The notes beneath the pieces were generated by a model. That model was not told the origin of the DNA. It saw only the letters and a list, made by a program, of their open reading frames with translations, and ran no database searches. A program made the translations under genes and the position numbers. A stretch of 63,634 nt of DNA, filler included, from Octopus bimaculoides (Eukaryota): the NCBI RefSeq assembly GCF_001194135.2. It is 6 parts of 5 records of this genome, joined end to end, with 100 filler letters (N's around TTAATTAATTAA, not from the genome) between each part and the next. Parts side by side here need not be neighbours in the genome. Positions count along the whole stretch, not along the records: positions 1 to 28,740 come from NC_068988.1; 5 more parts are not named here. One strand, written 5' to 3'. Below, piece by piece: positions 1 through 12,386 of the stretch. Every line of letters starts with the position of its first letter. Within the stretch, counting starts at the first letter, position 1.

Positions 1-27
<27 letters not shown>

Positions 28-31
<4 letters not shown>

Positions 32-390
32 GTCGCGGTGTGTTGAGTAGCTTAGCTTGCTTCCCAACCACATGGTTCCAGATTCAGTTCCACTGCGTGA
101 CACCTTGGGCAAGTGTCGTCTACTATAGCCTCGGGCCGACCAAAGTCTTGTGAATGCATTTGGTAGATGGAAACTGAAAGAAGCCCGTCGTATATGTGTA
201 TATGTATGTGTATGTGTATGTGTGTGTGTGTGTGTTTGTGTGTTTGTGTGTGCAAGCATATATATATGCGTATATATGTTTATATATATATGTATTTTTT
301 ATATATGTGCGTGTGTGTGTGTGTCAGTGTTTGCGTCTCTTTCTGTCTGTGTTCTCCCCCACCATTGGCAATCGGTGTTGGTGAGTTTAG
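28..390 (+). mobile_element. tRNA-derived SINE, family A (head, body, internal microsatellite, partial tail)
   Basis: Head GCTTCCCAACCACATGGTTCC..CAGTTCCACTGCG..ACCTTGGGCAAGTG and body GGAAACTGAAAGAAGCCCGTCG recur at 7497, 33860 and 63447 (+) and 8493 and 27585 (-). Confidence 0.8.
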
Positions 391-804
391 AAATTTGTCC
401 GCCGCTCTAACGGCTCCGCCGCTCTAACGGCTCCGCCAAAACATGGCACTGCAATGACAGCTACGACGGGGATGTTGGTTGGTCGTTGAATGGATTACAC
501 CACGGCATTCGTATATTCAAATGCAGCTTTCTATTCTAAGAGAGAACCCGCGATCATCAAACCAATAACGCTTGCTTGTCACGTTCCTGAGAAGAAACAG
601 AACAACCAAAGTGTTAACGAAACTTGCAATTCTACGCCTGGAGGGCACAGATGCGATTCTTATAGATTTTTGGCGCTCAGTCGAATTACGTTTCGTACGT
701 TTGCAATTTATAAAGAAGCGACAAGGTAGATAGATATGGCCGACGATTCTTCTTCTTCTTTAGAAAATGTAAATGAAATGAAAGAATTCTTTAAAATAAT
801 GAAA

Positions 805-816
805 GGTGATATGATG

Positions 817-847
<31 letters not shown>

Positions 848-980
848 GACGATGATTATGAAAATCATGATATTAAGAAAAACAAAAACAGAAATGATAA
901 AAATATCATCATCATCATCATCATCGTCGTCGTCATCGTCATCAATAATAATAGTAATAATAACAACAACAACAACAATG

Positions 981-1033
<53 letters not shown>

Positions 1034-1330
1034 TGTGATGATGACGACGACAACGATGATGATGATATTGGCAATGTTGATGAAGGCAGTAGTAACGTTG
1101 ATGTTGATGAGTAAGAGGAGAGGAGGAGGAAAATGACAATGTTAACGATGGGAATGTCGTTGATGATGACGATGGTGATGATGTGGTGGTGGTGGTGATG
1201 ATGATGATGACGATGATGATGATGAGGATGGTGGGGATGATGATGATGATGATGGTGATGATAACGATAACAACGATGACAACAAAGACGACGAAGACGA
1301 CGACGATGATGACAACGGTAATAGCGTCAG
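805..1330. repeat. Compound trinucleotide microsatellite (GAT/AAT/GAC/GGT)n
   Basis: Directly visible; accounts for the poly-I/M/D/S ORFs in the track. Confidence 0.95.
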
Positions 1331-1469
1331 AGGTTGTGGTGTCGGCGGTGGTGCTTGGAGGGGAGACTCCATTTCACAATTAGGCGCAAACCCTCAGGCA
1401 GCGATATTTAAATAACTTGAAAATTCTTCACTATCAGACTTGTCAACGCCGCCCTCATCCCAATCACCA

Positions 1470-1640
1470 GCATCAACAACATCATCATCATCAACATCGT
1501 CATCGTCATTGTCATCGTCATCACCGACATTGAAAACACCAGAAATAGAGTAATAGTGGTGGTAGTGGTGGTGGTGCGATTTTGTAATTCTTCCGTGCAG
1601 GGTTCCCAATGTACTGGACCCTTGTGTCCAGTAAGAGACG

Positions 1641-1679
<39 letters not shown>

Positions 1680-1694
1680 CCATCATCCTCATCC

Positions 1695-1753
<59 letters not shown>

Positions 1754-1920
1754 GTCGTCGTCTCCAACATCGTCACCGTCATCATCGTCTTCACCATCAT
1801 CGTCATCACCATCGTCGTCGTCATAATCACCATCATCATCATCGTCGTCGTCGTCGTCGTCGTCATCATCAACATCATCATCACCATCATCATTGCCGTC
1901 GTCATCGTTATCGTTGTTGA
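1470..1920. repeat. Compound trinucleotide microsatellite (CAT/CGT)n
   Basis: Directly visible; largely the reverse complement of the 805-1330 block. Confidence 0.95.
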
Positions 1921-2589
1921 CACTGTTTCTTTCTTTCGTTCTTTTATTTATTTATTTATTTACATTTCTTGTTTCTTTAACAAAGTTTTTGAAACCCCGA
2001 GGGCTAAAACCGTTTCTCTCAGACTTTTGTTACCACAGATCATTCTTTGAATGGAAATTCCTCAATGCCATTCGTCTCTTTTCACTACATTGTTTACTTT
2101 TCTCTCTCCGATTTCTTCTTGTTTGTTCCCTGTTGTTGTTTTTTTTATTTATTTCTATTATTTTGTTTGTTTGTTTGTTTTCTTCTGCATGTGCAAATTC
2201 TTTTTCGTCAATTTATATATTCAACATACGCAATCACTCGGAGACACACAAATATATATATACACATATATAGACTGGCTAATGCAAACCTCAATTGTGC
2301 AGATTGCATGTGTAAACATAACTGGATGTTGGCAATGGATTATACTCAGAAAAACAGACGCATATACACAAAACACAAACGTTTGTATAATGCGCAAATC
2401 ACACGTAGACATGCATACATTTACGCATACGCAATTCTTTGCACGAACGCCGGTATACATGCACACACAAATATATACGCATATATATATATATATGTAT
2501 GTGTATATGTGTGTGTATTTATATATGTATACTTATATACTGTACATTTAAACACGTACATACATGTATATAGAGATATGTATATATAC

Positions 2590-2678
2590 ATGTGGTGTGT
2601 GGTAAGAAGCTTGCTTCCCAATCACATGGTTCCAGGTTCAATCCCATTACGTGACAACTTGCGCAAGTGTCTTCTACT
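2590..2678 (+). mobile_element. SINE family A head fragment
   Basis: GTGTGGTAAGAAGCTTGCTTCCCAATCACATGGTTCCAGGTTCAATCCC..GCAAGTGTCTTCTAC matches the other family A heads. Confidence 0.75.
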
Positions 2679-2816
2679 TGAATGGAAGATAAACAAAACT
2701 TGACTGTAAAAAGGATTTAGATAATCCTATCAGGTGGTGCTATTAATTAGACATGGCCTGGACCAATCTTTGGTCGAAACATATCTAAGTTTTATATATA
2801 TATATATATATATATA

Positions 2817-2940
2817 ACTCTTTTAGCTGTTTCAGTCACTTGACTGCGGCCATGCTGGAGTACCGCCTTACAACGTTTTAGTTGAAGAATTGACCCAAGG
2901 TTTATTCCTAGTAGGCCTAGTACTTATTCTATTGGTCTAC
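2817..2940 (-). mobile_element. SINE family A 3' tail fragment
   Basis: GACTGCGGCCATGCTGGAGTACCGCC..CTAGTACTTATTCTAT is the reverse complement of the tail at 7800-7890. Confidence 0.7.
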
Positions 2941-4187
2941 TATATATANNNNNNNNNNNNNNNNNNNNNNNNNNNNNNNNNNNNNNNNNNNNNNNNNNNN
3001 NNNNNNNNNNNNNNNNNNNNNNNNNNNNNNNNNNNNNNNNNNNNNNNNNNNNNNNNNNNNNNNNNNNNNNNNNNNNNNNNNNNNNNNNNNNNNNNNNNNN
3101 NNNNNNNNNNNNNNNNNNNNNNNNNNNNNNNNNNNNNNNNNNNNNNNNNNNNNNNNNNNNNNNNNNNNNNNNNNNNNNNNNNNNNNNNNNNNNNNNNNNN
3201 NNNNNNNNNNNNNNNNNNNNNNNNNNNNNNNNNNNNNNNNNNNNNNNNNNNNNNNNNNNNNNNNNNNNNNNNNNNNNNNNNNNNNNNNNNNNNNNNNNNN
3301 NNNNNNNNNNNNNNNNNNNNNNNNNNNNNNNNNNNNNNNNNNNNNNNNNNNNNNNNNNNNNNNNNNNNNNNNNNNNNNNNNNNNNNNNNNNNNNNNNNNN
3401 NNNNNNNNNNNNNNNNNNNNNNNNNNNNNNNNNNNNNNNNNNNNNNNNNNNNNNNNNNNNNNNNNNNNNNNNNNNNNNNNNNNNNNNNNNNNNNNNNNNN
3501 NNNNNNNNNNNNNNNNNNNNNNNNNNNNNNNNNNNNNNNNNNNNNNNNNNNNNNNNNNNNNNNNNNNNNNNNNNNNNNNNNNNNNNNNNNNNNNNNNNNN
3601 NNNNNNNNNNNNNNNNNNNNNNNNNNNNNNNNNNNNNNNNNNNNNNNNNNNNNNNNNNNNNNNNNNNNNNNNNTTTTCATATTCTATTATATTTAGAATA
3701 AAATTTGGTAGCAGCTGGAAAACTCTGTACTGTTAAAGACTTCAGTTTACTTTTGGGATTTAAAACTATTCCAATTTTCCAAAATATTTTTTAGTCTGCA
3801 ACATACATCGTATTCTAAGCATAACTGAGATTCTTCGAAGAAAAAAAAATTTCAAAGCAAAATTAATGAATGCCTAATTAAGTAAGTAATTACTAACGGA
3901 AATAGGAATAATCATTAGAAAAAAAAATATGAATAAAATTGTGCTGACAAATGAAGAAATAATTTGGCTGAGGGTGAACAGAACGTCAAATGCAAGAAGC
4001 TTTATGAGGTTTTCAACGACATTTGGTTTCAATTATTTCGCTTTTAGAGATTTTTTTTAAAGATTTAGTTGTTGTTGTTGTTGTTGTTCATGGGCTTGAT
4101 GTTTGGAACTATGAAGATATAAGAATATAAGGAAAAGGACTTTCACAAAAGTGAATCAAAGTAACTATGAGTAAACCCAATAAAATA

Positions 4188-4331
4188 TATGACGGCTTCC
4201 ACAGTTTCCATCTGCCAAATTCACTTACTAAGACATTAGTTAGTCCGTGTTGGAGTAGAAGACATTTGCCCAAAATGCCTAGCTTTGGGAATAAACCTGG
4301 AAATAAGTGATTGAAAAGGAAGCTTTTTATC

Positions 4332-4333
<2 letters not shown>
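4188..4333 (-). mobile_element. SINE family A head/body, diverged
   Basis: ACGGCTTCCACAGTTTCCATCTGCCAAATTCAC..GTAGAAGACATTTGCCCAA matches the reverse complement of the family A body. Confidence 0.65.
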
Positions 4334-4387
<54 letters not shown>

Positions 4388-4790
4388 ATTGAATACTGAC
4401 ATATTATTTGATTTCGTATTAGGAATGAACATTGCACTGAACTGCCCTTTGCGCTGCCTGCACCTTTGTAAAGGATACGAGTCGGGTCCCTGATCCAGGT
4501 CGCTATCCTTCCAGTTGTATCATCAGGGATATGCCGATGGTGTTTGTATGACCGAGTCGATGGGTAAGCAATAGTTATTCTAGATACGATATGAAATAGA
4601 GAATGAAGTTGAGGAATGAAAATAGACGCGAATTATGCAGGGATATTTTATCTGCAGTGCCATTATTTAGGCAGAATGGTATACATATAAGATTCCTGTA
4701 CCTTGTTTGTAAGTTCCAATAGTATGCATATATATCTACATACACACAGACGTGGACATCATATATATACACACGTTCACGGAAACAACC

Positions 4791-4824
<34 letters not shown>

Positions 4825-4849
4825 TTATATATATTGACTGGGGACTAGC

Positions 4850-5075
4850 GAACCAGATGGCTGCAGCAGACTCCAATCTGACCTGGCAGAGTTTCTACAG
4901 CTGGATGTCCTTCCTAACGCCAACCACTCCGAGAGTGTAGTGGGTGCTTTTTACGTGCCACCGGCACGAGGGCCAGTCTCGCGGTACTGGCAACGGCCAC
5001 GCTCAAATGGTGTTTTTTACATGCCACCTGCACAGGAGTCAGTCCAATGTTTTGTTTGTACAGGAGCCAGTGGTA
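4850..5075 (-). mobile_element. SINE-like repeat, family C
   Basis: TTTCTACAGCTGGATGTCCTTCCTAACGCCAACC is the reverse complement of a segment related to the + strand copy at 5205-5315. Confidence 0.55.
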
Positions 5076-5204
5076 AACATAAACTAAAAGAAACTTCTGT
5101 GTGTGTGTGTGTGGGGGGGGGGTTGTGTGTAATAGTATCTTCTTGTTTCGACATCATGAAATACTTGTAGATGAGTGTAGCACAGCTATGGAGAAATATT
5201 CACC

Positions 5205-5318
5205 AAGCTTGGAAACTGGTGAAGGTTGAAAGACATCTGGCCATAGAAAATCTGCCTCGATAAGTTCCACCCAAACACCCATGCATTAAGAGACAGACAT
5301 TGAAATGATGATGATGAT
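5205..5318 (+). mobile_element. SINE-like repeat family C 3' end with (GAT)n tail, RTE-like tail type
   Basis: AAGACATCTGGCCATAGAAAATCTGCC..GACATTGAAATGATGATGATG; trinucleotide tails are typical of RTE-mobilised elements (inference). Confidence 0.5.
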
Positions 5319-5652
5319 TGTGGTCATGTTCATGAGGACATATATATATGAGTGCGTGTGTGTGTGTTTATGTGTAGGTATGTGTGTGTGTGTGTATGTG
5401 TATGCTATCATGTGCTGAACATTATTGCATATCCTGCATATATAAATTCGTGCAACAATCATTTCGTATGTGTGTGTGTATATGTGTACACACACACACA
5501 CACGCACAACACACATACAACACACACACACAACACAGACACAGACACACACGCACACACACACACACAACACAACACATGAACATACATAACACACCCA
5601 CACACAACACGCGCACAAACTATCACATACACCAGCGCACATACATATATAG

Positions 5653-5700
<48 letters not shown>

Positions 5701-5743
5701 GTATATATACACCTATATATATATCTATACATATGTAGTTATT

Positions 5744-5793
<50 letters not shown>

Positions 5794-6145
5794 AAAGCAT
5801 TAATATTAGATATGCATATATAGACATGTTTCACATATTTTTAGAAACGTACAATAAAAACGACGAGAGGTGCTCTCATAAAACACACACACACACACAC
5901 ACGCACACACGCACACACACACACGTGCATACAGATGCATACTTGTGTAAAAATATGCGTATGCCCTTCTCTCTCGAGTGCAAAGATGCATATACATATA
6001 TACACATATTTTTTTGTGTTTGTATTAGATACATATCTAGAAAAAATATTATCTTGGTAATAGCCTTTTTCCCCCTTCCGTTAGAGAACTGCGCAGCTTC
6101 ATCGGCCATTATTGCTATACAAAACGTACATAGACTCATATAAGT

Positions 6146-6176
<31 letters not shown>

Positions 6177-6570
6177 CACATTTATTTATATACATGTATA
6201 TATATGTGTGTATGTGTGTGCATGTGCGCGTGCGTGTGTATGTATGCAGGCGTATATTTTGGGGGTATATGTAATATACATTTGCTTATCGTTTATCATG
6301 GATCAAATAGACTTGATGTCGCCTCTATTTCTGCATATGCCATCAACTTATCTGTGAAATGTGTGTGGTATTGTTCTTGTAGTTATGAAAATATGGCTTT
6401 GTATTTTAATTTAAGTAGAATTTGACTGAGTTAGAATCGCGTTTTTGAGTCAATGTTTTATTCATCATGTTCAAACGTACATACGCAAATATATATATAT
6501 ACACACATAGACATAGAACCATGCAAACGCACAAACTCATATGTGAATGAATATATATATATATATATAC

Positions 6571-6648
<78 letters not shown>

Positions 6649-7496
6649 ATAGATATATACTTACTATCCGTAAGGAATTGAAATCCTGAATTTCAGCCAT
6701 ATTATGTTTCGTTAACGCTGATAGAAATATTTTACATGGGAAAACAGAAAGCAGCTTTAAAATGTTCTGCTGCGTCTACGAAGCTGTATCTAGTCTTTTT
6801 GCATCGAGTGTTTATGCAATTTTTATTTCTTTGCCTTCGACAATTATATACTTTGAATGCTTTTAGAAATATTATTTTATCTAATATCAACGCCTAGAAA
6901 ATATATTAACCGGATTGGCTGTTGTTTATTTTGTATTCCATAACATTCTTTCATAAATTGTTTATTCTCATCGTTATATTTCTGCTGATAGGTTGCTGGA
7001 ATCGGTAGTGCCATCGTTCTGGATGTGAGTGCAAGTTATATTCGCTAAAAGAATCAAACTGGATCCGTTCTTGGAGTTTTCTTTTCTGTTTCTTGATTCA
7101 GCGGTTGTACCACGGTCATGCTGGAATTTCATCGTTGGAGTTTGTAATCGATCAAATCGAAGCCAGTTGTTATTTTGCATTTATATCCGATACGTATCGT
7201 ATCGGAATTTGTTTGTAAAAGTCTCTAGTAGAGGGACGAAAGCAAACTGACGACGGTTAGCTGCTGTCAAATGGCGAGGCTGCGATACACACAAATTACA
7301 CACGCACATATCTGTGTATTTCGTTTTTCCTATACATTTTATATATACATACATAGATGGATTGGTAAATAGCTATAGGAGTGTATGTACATTTATACAC
7401 ACACCCTCCCATGTATATATATTATACATATACATTTATATCTATATATGTACATATGTACATATATATATGTATGTTTGTGTGTGTGTGTGGCTA

Positions 7497-7630
7497 TAGG
7501 CGCAGGAGTGGCTGTGTGGTAAGTACCTTGCTGACCAGCCCCATGCTTCCCGCACCTTGGGCAAGTGTCTTCTACTATAGCGTTGTAAGTGGATTTGGTA
7601 GATGGAAACTGAAAGAAGCCCATCGTTTAC

Positions 7631-7683
<53 letters not shown>

Positions 7684-7900
7684 CTGTGTGTGTGTGTGTG
7701 TGTGTGTTTCTGTGTGTGTTTGTCCCCCACCATCGCTTCACAGCCGATGTTAGCGTGTTTACGTCCCCGTCACTTAGCGGTTTGGCAAAACATATCGATA
7801 GAATAAGTACTAGGCTTACAAACAATAAGTCCTGGGGTCGACTTGTTCGACTAACGGTTGTGCTCCAGCATTGCCGCATTCAAATGACTGAAATAAATAA
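7497..7900 (+). mobile_element. SINE family A, near full-length
   Basis: Head TAGGCGCAGGAGTGGCTGTGTGGTAAG, body to 7627, internal (TA)n(TG)n, tail ending GCATTGCCGCATTCAAATGACTGAAATAAATAA. Confidence 0.85.
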
Positions 7901-8092
7901 AACAATAAAACAATAAAAGAATATATATATATACACACTTATGTATACGCATACATGTATAAATATATATGCATACATACATACATGCATGCATACATAC
8001 ATGCATACACATATACATGCATACATACATAGATACATATGTACATACATTGGTATGTGAAGAGTTTCCGCACATTTCTAAGATAGCAAATT

Positions 8093-8222
8093 CATTCACA
8101 GGGTATTGGGCCGCCCCGGACTAAGATCCAGGACGACCACCGAAAGTGGCCCCCAGCAGGACTGAACCCGAGACGACGAAGTTACAAAACAAACTTTACA
8201 ACCGCACAGCCATGCCTGCACC
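8093..8222 (-). mobile_element. Diverged SINE family A-like head
   Basis: GGACTGAACCCGAGAC..ACAACCGCACAGCCATGCCTGCACC resembles the reverse complement of the family A head. Confidence 0.5.
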
Positions 8223-8259
8223 ATATGTTTTACATATTCCTAGCTACTTAGATCACTGG

Positions 8260-8488
8260 GTTACTAGTCGGATGTTGTGATACAATGCGCTTTGCATCTT
8301 AGCTTTCGAATGATGCCTCTCCGCTGGATAGTAGGCCAAAATTGCCCTCGAGTAGGCCAACATTGCCCTAATTCTGAAGACTCTTCCGTCGCAGGGTGAT
8401 ATGAAGTGCTCCTGCTGATGAACACAACACACTGAGAATCGAACCCACGATCTACCGATCGTGAGTACAGGACTTTAGCCACAGTCAC
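8260..8488 (-). mobile_element. tRNA-derived SINE (family D-like head)
   Basis: Minus strand reads GTGGCTAAAGTCCTGTACTCACGATCGGTAGATCGTGGGTTCGATTCTC, with A-box-like and B-box (GGTTCGATTC) motifs. Confidence 0.6.
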
Positions 8489-8492
8489 AACA

Positions 8493-8703
8493 TTCTTTTA
8501 TTCTTTTATTTGTTTGGCATTTCACTGCGGCCATGCTGGAGCACCACTTTAAGGAGATTTTAGTCGAACAAATCAAACCTAGGACTTATTGTTTGTAAGC
8601 CTAGTACTTATTCTATCGGAGTCTTTTCCCGAAGCGCTAAGTTACGAGGACGTAAACACACAAACATCGCTTGTGAAGCGATGGTGGGGGGGGACAAACA
8701 CAG

Positions 8704-8741
<38 letters not shown>

Positions 8742-8910
8742 GTACGACGGGCTTCTTCCAGTTTCCGTCTACTAAATCCACTCACAAGGCTTTGGTAGGC
8801 GAGAGGCTATAGTAGAAGACATATGGCCAATGTGCCACGAACTGGTACTGAACTCAGAACCATGTGGTTGGGAAGTGAGCTACATACCACACAGCTACGC
8901 CTGTGCCTAT
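8493..8910 (-). mobile_element. SINE family A, near full-length, inverted relative to the 7497 copy
   Basis: Reverse complement of head, body, internal microsatellite and tail are all present. Confidence 0.85.
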
Positions 8911-9589
8911 ACTATCTGCCAATTCACCTATAAAATCACAAGAATTTTACATCATGCTTTTGTGTTTCTTTTATGTTAGTTATTTAGAAATAGATTTATA
9001 TTATAAATTCTTTGAATAGCACACATATTTCGCAATTAAAGAAAACGTGTTGCTATATCGGGTTTCCCAGTTCAACATTGGCGCCGCAGAATTAGTGTAA
9101 TGACAGATTAAATTCTCAAACACAGTATTTAGTTTCACATTTTGATGTTTGGTGCTGAATTCCCATTGCGGTCGACCTCGTCTTTTATCACACACTAAAT
9201 TGAAAATAAAATAAATATATATCGTTTTATGTATTTCATATGATCGGCTACACCCATCTATTATAGTAGAACGGAATTCTATTGTTATTATGGCGTTGAA
9301 CTGGCACAGTCGTTAGTGGTACATTGAGCATGTTTTTTTTTTCTTTCGCTATTACCCCAATTTGGTTAATGTCTTGTGTCTGAATTTCCTGATCGGAACA
9401 AGTGACAATGACTGTGGTAGCCCAAAGTTGTCAGTGACCAGGTCGCAGATTGGAGCGTCGAAGATTTTGTTACTTGCCATGCAAGTACATCTTTCACTCT
9501 CCTCCCCCCTCTCTCTCCCTCTCTCTCACTCTCTCTCCCTCTATCTTAATTTGCATATGTGTGTGTGTGTGTGTGTGCGTGTATAGCCA

Positions 9590-9750
9590 CTAAACCTTTT
9601 TTTATTTTCTCTCTCTGTTTATTTCTGTGTTCCTTTCTGTTGAAGAGCATAGGCTCGAAACATAAAAGACTCTCTCACTTCCCGAACGTTAAACTAATAC
9701 ATCTGTTTGTTGTTTACACACCCGTCTTCGTCTTTTGTTTTCTTTTTCTG
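9590..9750 (+). mobile_element. Probable PLE pseudo-LTR tail containing an HHR-like fold (9633-9668)
   Basis: CTTT-CTGTTGA-A-GAGC-ATAG-GCTC-GAAA-CAT-A-AAAG followed by a T-rich tail; same layout as 37722 and 61461. Confidence 0.5.
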
Positions 9751-9875
9751 TGTGTGTATGTGTGTGTTGACGATAGACTGCCCTGTCGAAGACTACGTAT
9801 GAGTGCTCAGCTTTCGCCGAATGACCTGCACAAATGATTTCTTTATAGGGATCAAATGTTCGTGCCCCACATTAG

Positions 9876-9941
<66 letters not shown>

Positions 9942-10799
9942 NNNNNNNNNNNNNNNNNNNNNNNNNNNNNNNNNNNNNNNNNNNNNNNNNNNNNNNNNNN
10001 NNNNNNNNNNNNNNNNNNNNNNNNNNNNNNNNNNNNNNNNNNNNNNNNNNNNNNNNNNNNNNNNNNNNNNNNNNNNNNNNNNNNNNNNNNNNNNNNNNNN
10101 NNNNNNNNNNNNNNNNNNNNNNNNNNNNNNNNNNNNNNNNNNNNNNNNNNNNNNNNNNNNNNNNNNNNNNNNNNNNNNNNNNNNNNNNNNNNNNNNNNNN
10201 NNNNNNNNNNNNNNNNNNNNNNNNNNNNNNNNNNNNNNNNNNNNNNNNNNNNNNNNNNNNNNNNNNNNNNNNNNNNNNNNNNNNNNNNNNNNNNNNNNNN
10301 NNNNNNNNNNNNNNNNNNNNNNNNNNNNNNNNNNNNNNNNNNNNNNNNNNNNNNNNNNNNNNNNNNNNNNNNNNNNNNNNNNNNNNNNNNNNNNNNNNNN
10401 NNNNNNNNNNNNNNNNNNNNNNNNNNNNNNNNNNNNNNNNNNNNNNNNNNNNNNNNNNNNNNNNNNNNNNNNNNNNNNNNNNNNNNNNNNNNNNNNNNNN
10501 NNNNNNNNNNNNNNNNNNNNNNNNNNNNNNNNNNNNNNNNNNNNNNNNNNNNNNNNNNNNNNNNNNNNNNNNNNNNNNNNNNNNNNNNNNNNNNNNNNNN
10601 NNNNNNNNNNNNNNNNNNNNNNNNNNNNNNNNNNNNNNNNNNNNNNNNNNNNNNNNNNNNNNNNNNNNNNNNNNNNNNNNNNNNNNNNNNNNNNNNNNNN
10701 NNNNNNNNNNNNNNNNNNNNNNNNNNNNNNNNNNNNNNNNNNNNNNNNNNNNNNNNNNNNNNNNNNNNNNNNNNNNNNNNNNNNNNNNNNNNNNNNNNN

Positions 10800-10846
<47 letters not shown>

Positions 10847-11309
10847 ACTCTCTTACAGTTGCACTCTCTCACTTTGTCCGTCTGTGTCAACGCTGCCTTT
10901 ATCATTTCCTCTATATCTCAATCTCTCCATCTTCATCGCCATCTTCATCGCCATCTTCGTCTCAATTAAAAGGAAGCCATTTTGTTACAATCGGTGTTGT
11001 TAAAATTGATCTTTGAAAAACATCTCCAAATTGTCAATATCTCGAAGAATACTTAGAAACGATTCTTAAACTACACAGATTTACGAAAAGTGATTGTGCG
11101 TGTCGCATTTATCGCATTCCCTTCAGGCATCGATAAATCAAATCGGATGCAACGTGAGAGAGAGAGCAGAGCAGGATTTAATTCAAACACTAATCGTTGA
11201 TGTAAACATTCTGTACAGATACATGAGATAACAGGGAAACGATAGTGACAATAAGACAAGGCATGTATATGCGCTCATCACAGTGTTTGTTATACACACA
11301 CGCGCGTAC

Positions 11310-11331
11310 ATAGATAGATAAACAGACAGAC

Positions 11332-11398
<67 letters not shown>

Positions 11399-11720
11399 CA
11401 GACAAATAGATAGATAGATAGACAGACTGACAGATAGATAAATTAGATATCGATAAACAAGTAGTCAGTTTGGTAGATAGGTAGACAGAGAGACAGATAG
11501 ACGAATAGACTGATAGATAGAGAGAAAGGAAGATAATTAGACAGACAGGGATATAGATAGATAAATAAATAGATACATAAATAAATAGATTGATTGATTG
11601 ATAGATAGATAGATAGATAGATAGATAGAAAGGTAAACAGTCAGAAGGAAGGACAAGATAGACAAGCAGACAGGTTAATAGACAGATGAGTAGATAGACA
11701 GATAGATACATACACAGAGA
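11310..11720. repeat. (GATA)n/(GACA)n compound tetranucleotide microsatellite
   Basis: Directly visible. Confidence 0.95.
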
Positions 11721-11789
11721 GAGAGATACAACAATAGTGAAAAGCAGGCTGTAACGCATAGGAAAATGTAGAAATGAAACAAACAAACG

Positions 11790-11888
<99 letters not shown>

Positions 11889-11964
11889 CTCAATTCCCAA
11901 TATCCTCAAATCCTTAAACAGCGAGAGCTACCTTGACTGAAACAAAAGCGCCCTGTCAGTTTCT

Positions 11965-12132
11965 TAACGGCCGGCTTCAATTCTGCCGAGGTCGACTTTG
12001 CCTTTCATCCTTTCGGGGTCGATAAATTAAGTGCCAGTTGCACGCTGGGATCGATGTAATCGGCTTAATCCCTTTGTCTGTCCTTGTTTGTCCCGTCTAT
12101 GTTTAACCCCTTGTGGGCAATGAAGGAATAAC
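11965..12132 (+). mobile_element. SINE family B variant
   Basis: TTCAATTCTGCCGAGGTCGACTTTGCCTTTCATCCTTTCGGGGTCGATAAATTAAGT shared with the copies at 44755-45545. Confidence 0.75.
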
Positions 12133-12335
12133 AAACATATATCTACTTCTATATATGTAAGCATACACACACACATATATATGTATGTATGTATGTATGT
12201 ATATCTATTTTTGAGTGTACGTATGTATGTGAATGCATGTAGACATACATACATACATATACACATACATGCATGTGCATTCTATCTGCGTGTGGCTATA
12301 ACTGTGCAATATACTCTACGCATAATAATTTATTT

Positions 12336-12386
<51 letters not shown>

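Noticed and set aside
398-437. 17-bp tandem duplication (TCCGCCGCTCTAACGGC x2.3)
   Set aside because: Local slippage in what looks like a decayed SINE B head; no spacers, so not CRISPR-like.
490-729. 79-aa ORF in non-repetitive sequence
   Set aside because: No homology recognised, and candidate splice sites on either strand lead to early stops.
852-1923. ORFs of 65-171 aa with poly-I/M/H/S/D runs
   Set aside because: Translations of trinucleotide microsatellites; no domain or consistent splice structure.
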